Of a DNA stretch of 32,000 bases, positions 29,132 through 32,000 are shown one piece after another. A model generated the notes under the pieces. That model was not told the origin of the DNA. It ran no database searches and worked only from the letters and a program-made list of their open reading frames with translations. The stretch covers positions 281,938-313,937 of the forward strand of contig JARFXP010000004.1 of assembly GCA_029194675.1 (NCBI GenBank), in the 5' to 3' direction. Source of the stretch: Nitrospira sp. Its GTDB lineage: Bacteria; Nitrospirota; Nitrospiria; Nitrospirales; Nitrospiraceae. Position 1 is the stretch's first letter; every line of letters begins with the position of its first letter. Made by a program: the position numbers and the translations under genes.

Positions 29132-30496
29132 TCAGGGATTGCTCCTGTCCGGCATGGCTCCAAGAGCTCCATTCGGTACTGTGCGCACAGCCTCTTCGGC
29201 AAAACCCAGTTCGCGAAATTGTTCAGGAGTGGAAATCCAATATTTAGTACCATTCCGGATCAAATAGATTTTTTGATCGGTCAGTTCTTTGATCAACGTG
29301 CCGTCGCGTGGCACCAGCGGCACCTGGGTCAACGCACCATGCGGCACAGTCACAGCAAGTCTGTCTCCAAACAAGAGCCGATACGTCGGCGGATCAGGAA
29401 TATAGAATTTCGCACCCCCATAGACGATATGAATGCGATCGTCCAACTCTTTAATCAAGGTACCGTCTCGCGGTATCAACGGTACCTGGGTCAATGCACC
29501 ATGTGGCACAGTCATAACAGGGCGGTCTCCACACAAACGCTGAAACGTCGGCGGATCGGGAATATAGAACTTCGCCCCGCCATAGACGATATGAATGCGA
29601 TCGTCCAACTCTTTGATTAACGTGCCGTCACGCGGTATCAGCGGTACTTGGGTCAACGCCCCGTCGGGCACAGTCACAATTGAAGGATTCTCTCCAAACA
29701 GCTTCTTAAGGGTGGGCGGATCGGGGATGTAAAACTTTGCGTCCCCATAGGTTACGTGAATCCGGCCGTCGTCCAACTCTTTGATCAACGTGCCGTCTCG
29801 CGGCACCAGGGGCACCTGAGCCAATGCGCCATGCGGCACAGTGACAACAGGGCGGTCTCCAAATAAGCGCTGAAACGTCGGTGGATCAGGAATATAGAAC
29901 TTCGCGCCGCCATAGACGACATGAATGCGGTCGTCCAGTTCCTTGATCAACGTGCCATCGCGTGGCACCAACGGCACTTGCGTCAAGGCGCCGTCGGGCA
30001 CGGTCACGATCGTGGGATTACTGCCGAACAACCGGTGTAGAGTCGGCGGATCCGGAATGTAGAACTTCGCCCCGCCATAGATGACATAGATTTCGTCTCT
30101 CGACTTTTCCTTTATTGGCACACCTCCAATAGCTACTCCGATGGTCGGTAGTGCCGTCGAAACTATCTGTTGAGCAATCCCCTCATGGCCGGCAGGGTTG
30201 GGATGGAGAGAGCCGAGTGAAAACTGAAACCCTGGTGGGAGGCTGTCACGAAAGGAAAAACCTACTTCATATGGACCCTGAATGTTCCGAGCGTCCTCTT
30301 CTGTCCGAAACCAACGTGCATTTCCAGCGCAGTATCCGTGAGCTCGTGACCAGGCCTGCACCGGAACTCGGACCCATCCATGTCGTTCTGCTGCTGCGCC
30401 TATCGCCGCATTGAGCGGGATAACCACTTCACGTTCTGCCCATTTCGCTGTTAAAGGATGCAAAAAAGGATTCGAGAATTTCCGTTCTCCCCACAA
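29132..30496 (-). CDS. C-terminal part of secreted SGNH hydrolase: catalytic His block plus six ~48-aa tandem repeats
   Basis: SLHPNPAGHEGIA corresponds to SGNH block V. Repeats of the form ..YGGAKFYIPDPPT..LFG..P.VTVP.GAL.QVPL.PRDGTLIKELDD follow. The ORF overlaps the upstream ORF by 46 nt in another frame. Confidence 0.7.
   Translation of the reverse strand: MWGERKFSNPFLHPLTAKWAEREVVIPLNAAIGAAAERHGWVRVPVQAWSRAHGYCAGNARWFRTEEDARNIQGPYEVGFSFRDSLPPGFQFSLGSLHPNPAGHEGIAQQIVSTALPTIGVAIGGVPIKEKSRDEIYVIYGGAKFYIPDPPTLHRLFGSNPTIVTVPDGALTQVPLVPRDGTLIKELDDRIHVVYGGAKFYIPDPPTFQRLFGDRPVVTVPHGALAQVPLVPRDGTLIKELDDGRIHVTYGDAKFYIPDPPTLKKLFGENPSIVTVPDGALTQVPLIPRDGTLIKELDDRIHIVYGGAKFYIPDPPTFQRLCGDRPVMTVPHGALTQVPLIPRDGTLIKELDDRIHIVYGGAKFYIPDPPTYRLLFGDRLAVTVPHGALTQVPLVPRDGTLIKELTDQKIYLIRNGTKYWISTPEQFRELGFAEEAVRTVPNGALGAMPDRSNP
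29282..30094 (-). repeat. coding tandem repeat, ~144-147 nt unit, five highly similar copies (a sixth divergent copy reaches ~29147)
   Basis: The periodicity is visible in the DNA (recurrent ggaatatagaacttcgc / atgaatgcgatcgtccaactctttgat) and in the protein (residues ~135-405 of the 454-aa ORF). Confidence 0.85.
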
Positions 30497-31167
30497 TATG
30501 ATCCATTTGACCCTTTTGTAGGATCAAGATACTCGGTGATTATCACCTGCCGTATCTGCATGGTCTTGAGCTGATCCGCCAGCCTATCGTATTTCTGAGG
30601 TAATGCTGCCAATTCATTCTTAATGGCGGCAAGAACACCAGGATCGCGACTACACAGTTCGTCGTTTCTTCGAGCGAGTGCAAGCGAGTCCATCTTTATG
30701 CATCTTTTGATAACGTCAGCGAAGCCTACATCATTTCCACCCGCCGAGATCAAAAGAATATCTATTGGCCGATCTCCCATCGTGCTTCGTAACGCATCAA
30801 TTTGAGGCGGCAGAGGATTGTGTGTATCGTCAGCATCAGGATCGTACGGCTCAAGGATTCCATGATCAAGGCGAGCTCCTGTGCAAGCCAGACCGATAAA
30901 CTCAAGCGGCTGCTCCAGAAAATTTGCAATTGCGATTGCTGCTTTTTCGGGTGCTGCGATATGCGATCTATGGCATTGTCGGTCGGCCCAGACAGGCCCT
31001 TTTTTGACAAACCCCAGCGAGTCGAAGCGTTGCGGCTCGTCTGGATTTCCTTCGCCGGATGCAAAGGAATCACCGATGGACGCTATGGTGAATGCCTGGG
31101 TCTGTGTTGCCCAAGCTACCCAAAAGATGACTGCCGCAAGAAATGTAGAAACAATCTTTGATTTCAT
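30451..31167 (-). CDS. N-terminal part of secreted SGNH/GDSL hydrolase (signal peptide, blocks I-III)
   Basis: The ORF track starts at 31182. ATG 31167 has GGAGAG 7 nt upstream. The signal peptide is MKSKIVSTFLAAVIFWVAWATQTQA. Block I is IASIGDSFASGEGNP, then GLACTGA, and block III is ISAGGNDVGF. The ORF ends in the overlap with the next ORF. Confidence 0.72.
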   Translation of the reverse strand: MKSKIVSTFLAAVIFWVAWATQTQAFTIASIGDSFASGEGNPDEPQRFDSLGFVKKGPVWADRQCHRSHIAAPEKAAIAIANFLEQPLEFIGLACTGARLDHGILEPYDPDADDTHNPLPPQIDALRSTMGDRPIDILLISAGGNDVGFADVIKRCIKMDSLALARRNDELCSRDPGVLAAIKNELAALPQKYDRLADQLKTMQIRQVIITEYLDPTKGSNGSYCGENGNSRILFCIL

Positions 31168-31249
31168 AACACGTCTCTCCATAACTCGGCTGACCTTAAT
31201 GTACTGGTTTCAACGCTGCATCGTGGCACCAATGATGGATCCCTATCTA

Positions 31250-32000
31250 TCATCGAGTATCTGACTCTGAAACTGAACTGGAACCATTCGGCGTTGAACC
31301 CGTTGCCTGCACAAGGCATTGTTGTTTCCATTTAAGAGGCTTCTGTGAAAGCTCCGAAATGATCGCGTTCACTAGCGGTTTGCCACCAGGAAACGGCAAG
31401 TACAGACCTACGACCCGTGGAGATACCACCGTCTCATTGTATGTGTGAAGCTGAGCCTTAATGGAGCTGACTGCGACGATGGCATTCTGAGCTGTCGTCT
31501 GATTCAGTTCGCTCTGGATGGGTAAGGCAGCCGCGACAGACTTTCCATTGATGCCAAGCGTCTGGACTATCAGAGATCCTTTGACCCTATTGGCTTCTGC
31601 CTCTGCCCCAATGACACTAATGCCTGAAATATTGGCGTTCCAACCTATAACGGTGATGTTTGCGGCCACCCGTAATCCTACCCCTACATAAATTGGGATA
31701 TTGAACTCGTGGTAATCTAATTTGCTTCCCTCTTCAGGGGCCTCCCCCCGAATCTCAAATTCTTCTGTACCGTCTACATAAGAAAATCCCGGTTTAGACA
31801 ACAACCGAACGTATTGGCGCTCACCTTTGGGATCTTGAAAACTTCTTCTTATCCACACCTGCTTATTGATCGTATCAGCGTTAATGTAATCGACGGTGAC
31901 TCTGTACGACTGCCCCCTCCCTCCTACCTTTGAAGGTCCGTATGTAACTCCTCCGTCAGCCTCGAATCGTTCTACAAGCATCCTCACGGCGTTGTCAGGG
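31250..32000 (-). CDS. hypothetical protein, possibly beta-rich (guessed from sequence; 5' end may lie beyond the window)
   Basis: 245-aa ORF from GTG 31987, but the frame stays open to the window edge. I recognised no motif and no signal peptide in the visible part. Confidence 0.5.
   Translation of the reverse strand, partial: PDNAVRMLVERFEADGGVTYGPSKVGGRGQSYRVTVDYINADTINKQVWIRRSFQDPKGERQYVRLLSKPGFSYVDGTEEFEIRGEAPEEGSKLDYHEFNIPIYVGVGLRVAANITVIGWNANISGISVIGAEAEANRVKGSLIVQTLGINGKSVAAALPIQSELNQTTAQNAIVAVSSIKAQLHTYNETVVSPRVVGLYLPFPGGKPLVNAIISELSQKPLKWKQQCLVQATGSTPNGSSSVSESDTR

Noticed and set aside
29147-30094. Regular ~145-nt periodicity as a possible CRISPR or satellite array
   Set aside because: There is no repeat-spacer alternation. 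The whole stretch is one open reading frame encoding protein repeats.

Overview
All calls come from reading the sequence and ORF translations by eye and from remembered family motifs. No BLAST, HMM or folding was run. The window looks like chromosome from an ammonia-oxidising, comammox-type Nitrospira-like bacterium, inferred from clear AmoA/AmoC proteins and gene context. (1) 1-7242: the 5' end of a secreted YD-repeat/IPT-TIG protein, then a minus-strand housekeeping operon fmt-rsmB-rpe-pheS-pheT. Its PheRS has the long-alpha/short-beta archaeal/eukaryal architecture. (2) An initiator tRNA-fMet (7330-7406) anchors a ~5.5 kb, visibly AT-richer island. It holds a PD-(D/E)XK/DUF4268-like gene, a DUF262 + HEPN gene pair, HigBA, two decayed tRNA-like repeats and a 150-bp amoC 3' fragment with its own terminator. 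The island is closed by a 50-nt copy of the tRNA 3' end and a 171-bp MITE with a 9-bp target duplication. (3) 13292-18620 is an atypical amo locus on the minus strand: amoC with two frameshifts, amoA, ftsH, an unknown membrane-anchored periplasmic protein, then an intact amoC. There is no amoB. A NarL-type two-component system lies immediately upstream. (4) ttcA, an LMW phosphatase, and a translationally coupled Zn-peptidase + ATP-grasp pair. (5) 24.7-32 kb is a second AT-rich accessory region. It holds an alpha/beta-hydrolase-TM-PAN protein, an IS630 element nested in the end of an IS256-family element (both transposases interrupted), a secreted SGNH hydrolase with six ~48-aa tandem repeats (split by a frameshift), and a partial unknown gene. 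No rRNA and no CRISPR array were seen.
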